64,000 bases of DNA from Lingula anatina (GCA_051362555.1 CM120643.1:4650001-4714000), one strand, 5' to 3'. Counted from the first letter of the stretch, positions 1 to 13,223 are shown. Numbers and translations: made by a program. Notes: a model not told the origin generated them from the letters alone.

Positions 1-369
1 GGTGTAATAGGTAAATGTGATTGAACACATTCTTTGGCTTCAGGTTTTGTACCTGGCTTTTTCTTGAGTTGCAGTTGTTGCTTTTTGGCAGGACTAGGCC
101 GTAAATCAACCCCACTTTCATTTGAAATTGACTCTTGTAACTTCTGAAGGATTGTTATCAACTTTTCATTTGTGTGGCGGATGGCTTCACCATCTGTAAC
201 TAAATAGGTTTTTGACTTAATTTGTGCTAAAAGATCATGGCACTTAGAAAGTTCTGTTTGTTTGGGGAATATTTGTGTTGGGATTTCTGGCAAATTAGAA
301 GATGACACATTTACATGCACTTCATAGTTATCGGGATCTGTGTTATTTGGTGTGAGCTTCATCGATTTA

Positions 370-900
370 AACAGGACCTCTTCATCTATAGTAAAAAACG
401 AGGAGTTCCTGTAGTTGGCTGGTACATGTAGCTAGTCCCAGCTCACATCTTTAAAACATAATATACCAAACAAATGCTTGCATTGCAGCCATTTAATTGC
501 CAGTCCTGGCAAGTACAAGATGGTGCAACCTCTCCAGATCCAAAAGTGAAAGTGTGCCAATATCCACGTTTGGTCTCACTTTGTATTTGATACCTGCCAG
601 GACCAACCACAAATATGGCTTCTTCCCTGTCCTCAAGATAGAATGCACTGGCTATTCTTCTCATACAATGTTTAGTAAAAAAAACTCTGGGCAATTCTGT
701 GGATAAGATGGAACTGTGGCATCATACTTCCTATAATATCCGGCATAGGTATTGTTCTTTTTTATGTATCTGAAAAATGAATTATATCTTTGATTACATT
801 TATATAAGTCAGAGGTAAAAATTGACATATTTTTAAGACAAGTAAATAATGCAGAATTATATATTGGACCTGGTGAATCTCTTTGAAAACTTTTGATTAA
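370..900 (-). pseudogene. SWIM zinc-finger protein remnant (MULE/Mutator transposase-type), frameshifted
   Basis: ORF 443-694 gives ...APSCTCQDW; a frameshift continues as WLQCKHLFGI, completing CxC-x(n)-CxH. It is followed by SWD*LHVPANYRNSSFFTIDEE with an in-frame stop. Confidence 0.6.
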
Positions 901-1009
901 CACTTTTTATATGCAACTTACTTATCAGTAGCTTTTGCACATTCTATTATACAGTATGAAAATCATCATGTTATAACATATCAAAATGATTTACATTAAA
1001 AATATTGGA

Positions 1010-1120
1010 AGTTGGGGCCGGCTGAAGGGCCAGGAAAATTTTTGGTAGTTTAGAGGGTGAACGTTGTTATTTGGTACGGTTTAGAACATTGATTCAGCAG
1101 TCATATATTGGCAATCTAAC
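1010..1120 (+). repeat. Dispersed repeat copy (same family as 2378-2610 and 10636-10820)
   Basis: Shares GGGGCC..CTGAAG..AGTTTAG..G(T/C)(T/C)ATTTGGTACGGTTTA with 2490-2600 and, in part, 10700-10750. Confidence 0.5.
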
Positions 1121-2025
1121 TGTGATCTTGAAATTGACCTTTGACCCACTTTTCAACATGAACCCCACAAATTTGGAATAAACCTATTTTTAGGTAATGG
1201 TAATTTTGGTTTTAGGTAATTTTCAACAAAATTGAGAATATTTGTTTCGTGCATTTTGTAGACCTTGCCAAGCACAACACTGGAATTAAGTGGTGTCGCT
1301 ATTTTTGCTTTTCCATATGAATGCGCTTACTCCCCCTTACCAAAAGTCCTATAGGATCGTGTAGGACTTTTTCGTTAGGGCCAGCTGATGGTACAATACC
1401 AGGAGGTGGTATCGCCTCTCTGATTCTCTATAATAAGATATATAAGAATTTTTTGGCCAATTATAAAAATCAGAAATCATTTCCTTTGGAGCAAAGTTTG
1501 ATGAGTAAAATTAATACCATAGATCAATCAAAAATTGGGTTTGTAAACAACTGAAAATTGGTTTCAGCACTTGGATAAAAATTGTTTAAAAGGCGTTCGA
1601 AAGCTTAGAGTCTACTGCTGCTAGGTCAAAAGGTACAAAGTGGCGAATGCTGGGTGAGAAGAGTCCCCCATGTTGCTTTCAACCCTTTTCTCCATTCATT
1701 CCACTCAGCTTGGTGAGATTCTGTCCAATCACCTTACTTTCAGTTTTGACAACATCTCTTAGTTTCATAGGATCCTCCCACGTAGCCCTGTTATATCAAA
1801 TTGTAATTCAATATGTCACAATACATTGGATCACATACCTGTAAAAGTTGTTTTAAAGAGGCATACTCTCAGTTAAAGTACATGCCTAGACCATAGGTCA
1901 GAACTGGTGCCATTTTGTATTTTAATTCTGATGAGACTGTTAACAACGTGAGTAGACAAGTGAGAGTATTGAGATCATCCACTCCTTATCTGCCAGAGAC
2001 AGGAATTATCAATTAATTTTTCTTA

Positions 2026-2324
2026 GATGATCTCGCCACACCACAAATGGCCAAAGCTGTACAAGATTAGCTTTACCACCATGGCATCAACAGGGTGGAC
2101 TAACTTGCTAAATCTCCAGACACAAGCCCCATTAAAAGCCTGTGGAATGAGATTTGAAATCAAGTGGCAAAAGATAGCCCCTTTATCAGAAACGCTCTAA
2201 TTCGAAATGTCTTTAAAATTGTAACCTGAAATTTATTAATTGAACCGTTATCAGTGAATGTCCAAAATACTCAGGATTGTGACTATATTTGCAAAACGGT
2301 GCAATAATTTTGTCACCCCCTGTA
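2026..2324 (+). mobile_element. Tc1/mariner transposon 3' remnant
   Basis: Translates DDLATPQMAKAVQD*LYHHGINRVD*LAKSPDTSPIKSLWNEI, a degenerate form of Tc1 DDNA.PH...WP..SPDLNPIE.LW. Ends in Tc1-like terminus GGTGCAATAATTTTGTCACCCCCTG + TA. Confidence 0.75.
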
Positions 2325-2377
2325 GATCCAATTGAATAAAACAGAAAAGTGAAAAATGAAGTTAGAGATATATATTC

Positions 2378-2610
2378 AGAGGCGAATCAAGGATTATTTG
2401 AAGGGAGGGGGGGGGGGTTCCAGAATGCAAAGCCGACCTTTAACCACCCCCCCCCCCCCGAATTCCCCTCTCCACATCCTTGACATGGGGTTCGGGGCCC
2501 ACTGAAGAGCCCCAGTAAGTTTTTATAGTTTAGGGGGGGAACGGTGTTATTTGGTAGGCCTACGGTTTAGAACTGTAATATTCAGCCAGTCAAAATTTTA
2601 ATTCTCAGGT
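2378..2610 (+). mobile_element. Non-autonomous element of the GGCG(G/A)ATC..poly-G/poly-C type
   Basis: Starts CAGAGGCGAATCAAGGATTATTTGAAGGG. A related start GGGCGGATCCAGTATAATTTGAAGGG is at 10636, and a related reverse end is near 13620-13648. Confidence 0.45.
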
Positions 2611-3520
2611 GTTTTTGGTCATGAGGGATTGTAGCAGATCGAAAATGATACTTGTACGACACACAAACTGACCGCCAATACTCATTTTCAATATATAAGT
2701 CCATTTAAACTCTTTTATCAGTATTCTCAATATCAAGAGAGAGAGAGAAATGTGATTCAAATTTACTTTATTGTATGATTATTATTTAATTAATTTCTTT
2801 GATACATCTTTTATTCATTAACACGATGTTTATTCTTAACAACCCAGAGGGTACGTTTTACCCCAATGGATAAAGTTTAGTATTATTATTATTATAATCA
2901 TTATTATAATTATTATCAAAGCATAGCGTTCAAGTACAAATTAAGCCCGAACACCAGTCTAGCAACATTAAAAATAAATCAGTGATTATTAGATTTATCT
3001 GTTCTCTATCACTCACACACACACACACGCACACACGAAATCACGTAACCATAATAAATTTCAATAGCGACCTTCTTTGCTGGTAAAATGGGTCATGCGT
3101 CTACGTCATCATCTTGTGAGTGGGAATACAGTGCACCAAGTGGTATGAAAAATAACTAGTTCTCACACGAAGCCCTCTATTGGCAAAATCCCCTAGCCCA
3201 TCTTAGAATACGACGACCATTCTGAACATGGTACATGCCCTTCTCACCCCCAGCTTCCCACTTTGACTAAATAAAAAAATTTAAAAAATCATAATTTAAT
3301 TATTATTATTATTTTATTTTATTTTATTTTATTTATTTATTATTATTATTATATTTTTTTTTTTTTTGTGACTGTATTACCATAAATACCAAACCATGTT
3401 TTTGTTTTACATAAAATGTGCAGAGTGGCTTTGTTTAGTAAAAAGGCTGCTTTAAATCAATATTATCAGGATTAGATTTTTTACAAATACTTATGTACAG
3501 TTTTATAAGTATTGAAAGAA

Positions 3521-3734
3521 GCTGTTATATAACAAATGGTAAAACTGGTGAATTTATAAACCTATAGGCCCATATATTCATATTTACATATGCTATTATA
3601 TAACAAATGGTAAAACTGGTGAATTTATAAACCTATAGGCCCATATATTCATATTTACATATGCTATTATATAACAAATGGTAAAACTGGTGAATTTATA
3701 AACCTATAGGCCCATATATTCATATTTACATATG
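3521..3734. repeat. 71-bp tandem repeat, 3 copies
   Basis: AACAAATGGTAAAACTGG recurs at 3531, 3602 and 3673. Confidence 0.95.
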
Positions 3735-3998
3735 ATTTATTATAATTGTAAATGTCTGGTGCTGTCACAGAAAAAATCTATTAAACTCTGTTGTTGCAAC
3801 ATGTTTTGTGTCTGTATATTTTGCCAGCTTTGCTGTCTAGTCTTATGTTAGTGCTCATCTTATGGTTTGCCCAAGGATAATTAAGTATGAAACATGTCTG
3901 CAGCAATTTTGTATAAGTAATATACAGAGAATTATTTTAATATTATTTCTTTAAAATAAAGATTTTAGCAACTTTTTTGCGTTAAGTATATTGAAGTT

Positions 3999-5872
3999 TT
4001 TATACTAATATGTACACTACATGTACTGTTGTGATCCCATTGTACTAGTCTTTATACTAATATGTACACTACATGTACTGTTGTGATCCCATTGTACTAG
4101 TCTTTATACTAATATGTACACTACATGTACTGTTGTGATCCCATTGTACTAGTCTTTATACTAATATGTACACTACATGTACTGTTGTGATCTCATTGTA
4201 CTAGTCTTTATACTAATATGTACACTACATGTACTGTTGTGATCTCATTGTACTAGTCTTTATACTAATATGTACACTACATGTACTGTTGTGATCTCAT
4301 TGTACTAGTCTTTATACTAATATGTACACTACATGTACTGTTGTGATCTCATTGTACTAGTCTTTATACTAATATGTACACTACATGTACTGTTGTGATC
4401 TCATTGTACTAGTCTTTATACTAATATGTACACTACATGTACTGTTGTGATCCCATTGTACTAGTCTTTATACTAATATGTACACTACATGTACTGTTGT
4501 GATCTCATTGTACTAGTCTTTATACTAATATGTACACTACATGTACTGTTGTGATCTCATTGTACTAGTCTTTATACTAATATGTACACTACATGTACTG
4601 TTGTGATCCCATTGTACTAGTCTTTATACTAATATGTACACTACATGTACTGTTGTGATCCCATTGTACTAGTCTTTATACTAATATGTACACTACATGT
4701 ACTGTTGTGATCTCATTGTACTAGTCTTTATACTAATATGTACACTACATGTACTGTTGTGATCCCATTGTACTAGTCTTTATACTAATATGTACACTAC
4801 ATGTACTGTTGTGATCCCATTGTACTAGTCTTTATACTAATATGTACACTACATGTACTGTTGTGATCTCATTGTACTAGTCTTTATACTAATATGTACA
4901 CTACATGTACTGTTGTGATCCCATTGTACTAGTCTTTATACTAATATGTACACTACATGTACTGTTGTGATCCCATTGTACTAGTCTTTATACTAATATG
5001 TACACTACATGTACTGTTGTGATCCCATTGTACTAGTCTTTATACTAATATGTACACTACATGTACTGTTGTGATCTCATTGTACTAGTCTTTATACTAA
5101 TATGTACACTACATGTACTGTTGTGATCCCATTGTACTAGTCTTTATACTAATATGTACACTACATGTACTGTTGTGATCCCATTGTACTAGTCTTTATA
5201 CTAATATGTACACTACATGTACTGTTGTGATCCCATTGTACTAGTCTTTATACTAATATGTACACTACATGTACTGTTGTGATCCCATTGTACTAGTCTT
5301 TATACTAATATGTACACTACATGTACTGTTGTGATCCCATTGTACTAGTCTTTATACTAATATGTACACTACATGTACTGTTGTGATCTCATTGTACTAG
5401 TCTTTATACTAATATGTACACTACATGTACTGTTGTGATCTCATTGTACTAGTCTTTATACTAATATGTACACTACATGTACTGTTGTGATCCCATTGTA
5501 CTAGTCTTTATACTAATATGTACACTACATGTACTGTTGTGATCTCATTGTACTAGTCTTTATACTAATATGTACACTACATGTACTGTTGTGATCTCAT
5601 TGTACTAGTCTTTATACTAATATGTACACTACATGTACTGTTGTGATCCCATTGTACTAGTCTTTATACTAATATGTACACTACATGTACTGTTGTGATC
5701 TCATTGTACTAGTCTTTATACTAATATGTACACTACATGTACTGTTGTGATCTCATTGTACTAGTCTTTATACTAATATGTACACTACATGTACTGTTGT
5801 GATCTCATTGTACTAGTCTTTATACTAATATGTACACTACATGTACTGTTGTGATCTCATTGTAGTCTTTAT
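3999..5872. repeat. 52-bp minisatellite, 36 copies
   Basis: Unit TTTATACTAATATGTACACTACATGTACTGTTGTGATC(C/T)CATTGTACTAGTC starts at 3999+52k. The last copy lacks 3 nt. Confidence 0.98.
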
Positions 5873-6505
5873 AAAAGATGAGTTATAAAGTAGTAAGAAA
5901 ACTTCAGACTCCTACTGTCTGTTATTATATTTTCTATCTCATGCCTCATTGAGAAAATTCAGAACAGCAGACTAAAAGATCTGTGAATCAAATATGGCGA
6001 CCCATTAAAAACTTAATTCCTGATTAGACACTGAATAGATTCCCTACAGGAATTACACCACATTTGATCCTCAGATATGTTTGTCCACTGTTCTGAAAGC
6101 ACTCATTGACAAATAATATCATACAGAACCTGGGTAGGGGGTAAAACTTATGTTTACAACAGGTATGTATACAAAACTGATAAAGGATACTTGATAGATA
6201 AAAAAATTCCAGTTTTTCACCACTTGAGAGTTACTTTTACACTTAGGCCCTCTTCAGAATAGATGATCAGAGTACTATCTGCAGGGGCCTAGCAATTAAA
6301 CCTTGCAGCCAAGAATTAATCTGTTATATGGCGTGTGTGGAGGCAGGGAGACCATCGGGAATCAGCATCATCTCTTTTGAAGTGTGGTCCGCCATATTTA
6401 GTTGGCAGATCAGTTAGCACTCAGATCTTCTATTGTGAATGGGGCGTAACTGTCACATTTAAGATAGTTCATTTACGCACATAACCCCAACCAGATAATG
6501 AGATG

Positions 6506-6672
6506 CAGGCCCGTAGCCAGCAATTTCAAAAGGGGGTTCTTTTTCTGAAAAAGTAGACCTTTTCCCATAAAAACTAAATGTACCTAGATCAAATTTTACC
6601 CAGAGTGGACCTTTTCCCAGCAAAAGGGGCGGTTCTTTCGAACCCCCCGAACCCCCCCTGGCTATGGGCCTG
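6506..6672 (+). mobile_element. MITE with CAGGCCCGTAGCCAG TIRs
   Basis: CAGGCCCGTAGCCAG ... CTGGCTATGGGCCTG; a reverse-orientation copy lies at 32538-32723. Confidence 0.8.
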
Positions 6673-6681
6673 AGATATGAC

Positions 6682-6822
6682 TGTGGGTTTAGTGATTGTC
6701 ATATGAGACTACATACACATAACCATGATCCTCACTGCTCTGATGAATACAATATTCAGAGCAGTGAGGATCATGGTTATATATGTGTCTGTAGTCTCAT
6801 ATGACAATCACTAAACACACTG
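6682..6822. repeat. Long near-perfect palindrome (foldback/MITE-like)
   Basis: GTTTAGTGATTGTCATATGAGACTACA..AACCATGATCCTCACTGCTCTGA, a ~12-nt loop, then the reverse complement. Confidence 0.9.
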
Positions 6823-6959
6823 TGGACATAATTATACAGTGATAAAAGAGAGGGGACATTTTAAAAGTGGCAAACCACAGTCTCTTTGCAGTGAATATCA
6901 GGATTTTGTTTCCTTAACGTGAAATATGTACAAAGTATATAGAAATTTACATGGGAACA

Positions 6960-7561
6960 TTTTTAGTGCACAAATGTTATTAAAAAGTACTGTAAAGATG
7001 GTTATATAGATATGGCTTTGGATATGTCTGGGAGGCTCAGGGTGTGGGAAATTCTGTTTTATTTCTTAAAGTTTTCAGAGAAAGATTAGTAGATAATGCT
7101 GGCCAAATATGGCACAGTGACATATGTAAGAGCAGCAAACTGGATACTTATTCATTATTTAAGAGCACGTTAACACTGGAGTGTTACCTATTAAGTGTTA
7201 AAAATGTAAAACATAGAAACTCACTAGCAAGATTCAGATGCGCAAATCACCTACTACATATTGAGAGCGGTAGATGGAGAGGTATAGAAAGATGCAATAG
7301 ACTCTGTTTAATCTGTAAAAAACATAATATTTATGATGTAGAAGACGAATACCATTTTTTAATGACATGTGTAGCATATACAGAATTAAGAGGAAAATAT
7401 CTGCCAGTGAATAACCCTACTAAAGAAAGTTTTTTAAGATTAATGGCTACAAAAAAGACAAATTTAATAGCAAATCTGGCTGCTTATATATATAATGCTT
7501 TTTTATTAAGAAAAGAAATTTTGAGTCACTGACAAAATAAACAATCCTTAATACTATACTA

Positions 7562-7606
<45 letters not shown>

Positions 7607-7656
7607 GTACTATGGGCCGGAGGCCTTGGAAAACTGAATAAAACATCATCATCATT
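6960..7656 (+). mobile_element. 5'-truncated non-LTR retrotransposon 3' end (RTE-X-like)
   Basis: ORF 7044-7532 has RFRCANHLLHIESGRW..CLIC..VEDEYHFLMTC. The 3' UTR has (TTA)n, a GGGCCGGAGGCC hairpin, AATAAA and a (CAT)n tail. Confidence 0.85.
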
Positions 7657-7997
7657 ATGTAAAGATGTTTATAAATAGTTTTTATAACTCTTTGAAATAA
7701 AATTAAAAGTCTACAATGTAGTTTTTGTTATGTTATTGTTTATCATACTTGTATTATTTTAGGTAATTAAGATTTTATCAACTGTATTCATAACTTTCAA
7801 TTTTAACACACTTCTTGAAAATCTATTTGACCTTTGTTTCTCTTAGAATTATCATTTCAACATTAAAAATGTACCAACCAACTTTTAATTATAAATAAAT
7901 ATTAAATGATAATATTATCATTATTTGGTGGTGGTGTTGTTATATTAATATGACTGTCTAAGAATATAAGGTTTAAGAGCTCAATTCCAACGAAAAT

Positions 7998-8181
7998 AAG
8001 TGCATTCAAAACAGTGTACTAACAGTCTGCAGATCAAATATGGCAACCCACTAACAAGCTTGCCTCTTAATTCCTGATTAGTCAAAGAACAGATACTCCG
8101 CAGGGATTATGCAACGAGCATTCAAGTGGGTCGGCCATATTTGATCCGTGGATCTGTTAGTCTGCTGTGCTGAATACACTT
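7998..8181. mobile_element. Palindromic MITE; partial copies at ~5955-6050 and ~6380-6420
   Basis: AAGTGCATTCA..GATCAAATATGGCAACCCACT mirrored by AGTGGGTCGGCCATATTTGATC..TGAATACACTT. Confidence 0.7.
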
Positions 8182-10221
8182 AATCTCTCTAGGTGATCAG
8201 ATATGTATACCACCCTCTGGCTTTGGGCAGAAAACAGAAAATGTGGTCATTATAAAAGCACATTAAAAACAAAAGGAGACATGTCAATCCAATTGCATTT
8301 GGCGTGAGTCCCTGTGGAGCTGGATCGATTTACATAGATCAATAGTGTCATTGGGAATGAGTCCTAAATTAAGGCACTAGTAGATATGTCAGTGGCAATA
8401 CTAAGATGAATAAATATAAAATGATAAAGAGAATGTATAGTAACATTTTCTAAGTCTAGATGATCCTTTACTTCCAAAAGTGTTTTATGCAGATCACAAA
8501 TATAACATCAGAAGTATTAAAGGGACCACTGAAAGGCAAAGTATATTGCAAACTTTTAGAGAGGTAAAAAAATAGGCCACATCTCCATTTTCTCCCTGCA
8601 GAATTTTGCAAAATTTTCATGTCACCTTTCTTTTCCATTTTCTTCTGTCTATCCCAAAAATGTCACATACCATGCAAACTGTTCAGCTCTCAGAAAACGC
8701 GGTATATATAAATTTTATAAAATACAATAAACTCTGTGAAACTATGCATCAGCCCCCCCCCCCCGCCCCCCGCCTTCCCGCGGACATCACTGAGCCACTG
8801 TTAACCTTTAAAGGTGTCAAACAGAGCGATACTTTAAAAACTGCAATAAATCCTTATATAGATATGTTTAAAGGCAATTAACGAAGATTTGGGTTAAGAT
8901 ATTGAATGGCAGTGATTTTCTTCAATATGGGTTTTGATTTCAAGTACATGCATTAAATGTAAGCAGTTGGTTTCATTTCAAAGCAAATATGAAACTAAAT
9001 TGAAAAGGGATTTGGAGATTTATGGTTAAAACAGAAATCACCTAAAAGTTTGCGCTTTCTGGGAACGCGTTAGTAGCGGCTTTTAACAAAACTGGTATCG
9101 TGAACTTAGAGACGTTTGAGATAAGAAACTTAAATAATAAAATGTATTCAACAATAAGAATATCTGGAAGTTGTAATTGATGATGAAAACAGAAAAATCC
9201 TTAGTCGTTTTCGCAATTGCGCACATTTACTTTACATTGATACAGGTTGATACACAAACATTTATTTTCACTGGTGTCACAATGAACAAGCACGTCTTTT
9301 CTCCAGCTTGTATCCGAGGGTCGAGACACCAGCCAATCAATGCATGGCTTCAGATACATAATTTTTTGTTTTTGCTCCCCTATCCCCTCCCGTTTTTTCT
9401 TTTTTTTTCCTGAACGGTCATCCCCGTATTATCCTCACTAATATTCTGCCTCCTAGGCACTCTGTTCATTTCGTTTTGATAATCATTTGGTCAAGTTGAG
9501 AGTGGTCAAGCTGGTCAAGTTTTTATGATGTCTATAGTTTTGTGCCTTGTAGTTCTACTAGTCTTAAAACAATGTAACACATTAAATGACACGTTTGCAT
9601 TACTCAGTAAACTGATTGTTATGCAATTTCTTGTTTTATTTTTTCTTATGAAGCACATTTGGGTCCATATGTACTGCTACATAAAAATAAAAATGTTGGA
9701 TATTCATGTACAAACCTTAGTCTTTAATTGGGATGCGTTAATAATAATAACCTCAATCATTTGGGATGAAGGTCTGTGGACAAAACAAAAAGGCTTGTTT
9801 GTACAAAGACCTGATGGTAACGTTTTAGACAAGGTAAAAACGCATCGTGTCTTCTCTAACACAATCCCACGACAGTGCTATTATTATGTAAACCAGGTGA
9901 GCATTTTGGTGAGAGGTATTCAGATAGGACCAAGGTCAGTAGGAAGAGGAAGAAGCCTCATGTGCCACATTGCCACACTTTCCACACGTAGACTGAATTT
10001 TTGGCACTGAGAACTGATGTGGTTTGTTGTAAGTACTGTAGATGATAGATGATATAAGATAGATGATATAAGGCAACACTGGCCGTTTTATTATGACGAT
10101 ATTTTATCAAAAAGTATGCATTTCCCACTTCAGGGGCAATGGCTCTTGGGTATTTTTCATTGACAGGAATGCCGAAATGATCTTGAAAAGTTAAATAACT
10201 TTTTATGTTGTTTTTTTCCAG

Positions 10222-10321
10222 AAGGAAAGTATTTGCTCATAAAGAAGTGAGAAGATTATTCCAGCCGTCCAAAGGTCTGAACGCGTTATTCCGTCTTAAA
10301 CAAAGCAAGACGACAAAGCAG
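10222..10321 (+). other. Candidate exon (paralog of 36172-36272)
   Basis: TTTTTTCCAG|...AAGCAG|GTAACT; open frame RKVFAHKEVRRLFQPSKGLNALFRLKQSKTTKQ. Confidence 0.4.
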
Positions 10322-11021
10322 GTAACTACTGGTACATTTTCAGCTCCCAATGGGTGCCTTTTTCATCCTACGACAATGGCTTGTACAAATATATCATGTT
10401 TATTAAAGTTAACCGACAATAAACAAATAGTTTTGGACTAGGGTTTTATGTCATCCTACAGAACCGAGACATTTTAATGTATCTAACCTCGGACCCCGCT
10501 TTTACAAAACCCAACATTATCATTTCATTCACTTTTTATTTCAAGTGTTTACATTTATTGACTTTTATTTCCACAAATATCTAGAAGTCCAAGCACTGGT
10601 ATCTCTAGTAATAGTTCAGGTCTCTCGTATACAACGGGCGGATCCAGTATAATTTGAAGGGGATCCACGAAGCCGAAGTCGACCCCCCCCTCCTCCGAAT
10701 GGTGCCATTTGGTACGGTTTATAAGTATAATTTAGCTGGTCAAAATTCCAATTTCAAGAGGGGACCATTGGCGTGATTTTTTCCAGAAATCGAAGGGACC
10801 CCCCTGCCCCCCCCCCCCCCAAAAAAAAAAAAGGCCACGTGTAGGTTCAATATACCGAGTATATAATTATTTTAATATAATTCTTATAATATGATTTTAT
10901 ATCTGTTAATGCACACCGAAATGAATCTCTCTAAAGATTATATTTCACTTTATCAAGTCCTTAGATATTTTTCTCGCATGTGGATTTTGTTTAATTTATT
11001 TCACTTTTCATTTAATTTCAG

Positions 11022-11159
11022 TGCTTCGTAACAACCGTCTACGATGAAATTGGACGCACTCCCAGCAAAGACATCAGATTCGTGTTCGCCAGCGCCTACA
11101 CCCATGTCAACGTTGGCTTGCGTGTCGAAGTTTGTCGTATAGTCAACTTTCAGGGTTGA
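11022..11159 (+). other. Candidate terminal coding exon
   Basis: TTTAATTTCAG| then an open phase-0 frame CFVTTVYDEIGRTPSKDIRFVFASAYTHVNVGLRVEVCRIVNFQG*, phase-compatible with 10222-10321. Confidence 0.25.
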
Positions 11160-12842
11160 CATTTGATTTGGTTTGAAATGTAATATTTGCTTTGGGTTGT
11201 AATATTCTGCATCAAAACGTGTATCAAATGAAGTGCAGCTTATAACGAGTGTTTTATTCATGAAAATTCTGATAAAATGGACCAAATCCAAGCGCCAACC
11301 CTGCACGTCGCTGGTTTATTATTGTACATGTGTAAATAAGTTGTAGTACACCACTCTATCCGCACACGATGTTTTTACCATAATTTAAAAAGTTCTCTAA
11401 CCTGAAAAGACACTTATAAATTTATCCTAAAACAAAAATGTGCCTTGCTTAAGTGATCTATGTAAAATTATCATTAAGTGATGTGCAGGTAGAGCACTGT
11501 GCTAGTACGACCGATTTAATGTTTGATTGTCAAATTTTGTGTGCGGGCAAATATGTAATAACACACGAAAGTGCATGTTTATTCATATCAAATTGGATAC
11601 AAATATTGATTTTAATGGAAGTTACCTTTTAAAAAAATAAGTCGCCAATTTACTGTCTTATCGCCTAAAAATCCTTTTTCATTTTTTTTTTGGTCTAATC
11701 AAATATGAAAACGCAAAGTTCTATCAGATAAATGGCACTTGATTGGTTAGAGCAAAAGGTTTACACAAATTGGAAGAGAAGTGTTTATTTAATGTTGATC
11801 TTGTACTCAGGACTTTCTTAATTCTATATTTCGGTCGGGATCAAGGAGTGATTGAGAACAAACGGTCTGATCAGGTGCCAGTCCTGCACGTGCTGTTGGG
11901 TTATTTTTGCTGAGTGTTTATTGATCACTGAACACCAGAGATCTTTGAGTTTATTAGCATTTTCTGAGTAAATGTGCTCAGTTATTTTAAGTAAACTTGT
12001 TTTTGCATAACCTTTTTAATTTTGTTTACATATTGTTTTTAAAAATGACTATGACTGGGATAAGGTTGTAAACTGACCATGTCTTCATGCTGTTCTTGAT
12101 TCGCACGACGCATAAATTTAAGAGTTCACCCAAAATTGTACCACCAAAATCCTATTTTAAGATTTAAAGAGAAGAGAAAATGACGCAAAATATGAGGTAC
12201 ATATTCATTTAACTATGAGAAAAGCACTCATCAAATGAACAAAATTGAATAATGTTTGACTGCTGTTTGGTGTTGTGTGTGATCATCAGCATGGCGACAT
12301 AGAGTAAGTTGTAGGGTCAGGAGTGTGTACCCGCGTGCGGGGAGAACGCTTACATGAGATCGTATGCATTTTGAATTTTCTATACTGTTACCACCCTTGA
12401 ATTTGGATAAAAAATGTCCCTAGAGAAATTTTGGATCGGTCACAAGACAAATACACCAAATTCAACTTTGAACGATTGCTGTAAAATACATCGTCAAATC
12501 TTCAACTTTCTCTTTTAACTCTGGGCAAAAACCTGAGAATTTCATGTTCTGGTCAGTATTATGTCGTCTTGTATGCAGTGTTCTTGAGCACTTTTTTAGA
12601 ACCAAAATGATTGATCTTGAGCGACAATTTTCAAAATGCATAGAACCTCCAACGCATTTAGTTTTAGATAATTGTATTGAAGCTTGATTTATGTCTCGAA
12701 ATGCTAAGTCGTTATGAAAATTACTTTTTATGTATGGCGCAATTGTTTGTATTTGTTTTAATAAACGTACATAAAAATTGTAATAGACGTGGTTTCAAAA
12801 TGTGCAAAGTATGACCTGCTCAATTCTGACATTCTTTTCTTC

Positions 12843-13223
12843 AGCTTGACTCGAACCTTTAGTTTTCAACTTTTTACTCGTCCTTTTCTACTTACTGTCG
12901 CCTTACCTACTGAGCCACCGTCTCAGTTTGCATTTTCCTCATTCGTATGATCCTCTTGTATTAGTTTAATTTGCTTCTTTGGGTTTATTTTTGCAAAAGG
13001 TAATTTGCTGGGACCTAGGAGCGCCAGGAATCGAACTGGGGACCTTCTGTCTCAGAGGCAAGCGCGTTACCTACTTCTCCAAGTGTTCCCACCCACCCTC
13101 CCCGGGTAGACTTTCTACTTATAGTAACCAAAAGAAAATTCTAGTAGCACCCCTTTGTAATTCCGAAGTGCCCGAGCCAGGAATTGAACCCCAACTCCAG
13201 GCTACCACTGAGCCATGTAGCCA
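12843..13223 (-). ncRNA. Three tandem tRNA-derived (Pol III A/B-box) modules
   Basis: Minus strand: TGGCTCAGTGG..GGTTCAATTCC (~13170-13223); TGGAGAAGTAGG..AGTTCGATTCC (~13018-13090); TGGCTCAGTAGG..GGTTCGAGTC (~12843-12923). None forms a clean cloverleaf. Confidence 0.6.

Noticed and set aside
3807-3845. ~35-bp match to 23171-23202 (GTGTCTGTATATTT..CAGCTTTGCTGTCTAGT)
   Set aside because: A real match but too short to assign; probably an old repeat fragment.
3999-5872. CRISPR array
   Set aside because: No unique spacers, no cas genes, eukaryotic context. The same applies to the 62-bp and 28/29-bp arrays.
9525-10010. 161-aa ORF with a hydrophobic N-terminus
   Set aside because: No recognisable domain, T-rich composition, and its 9896 donor is not phase-compatible with the 10222 exon.
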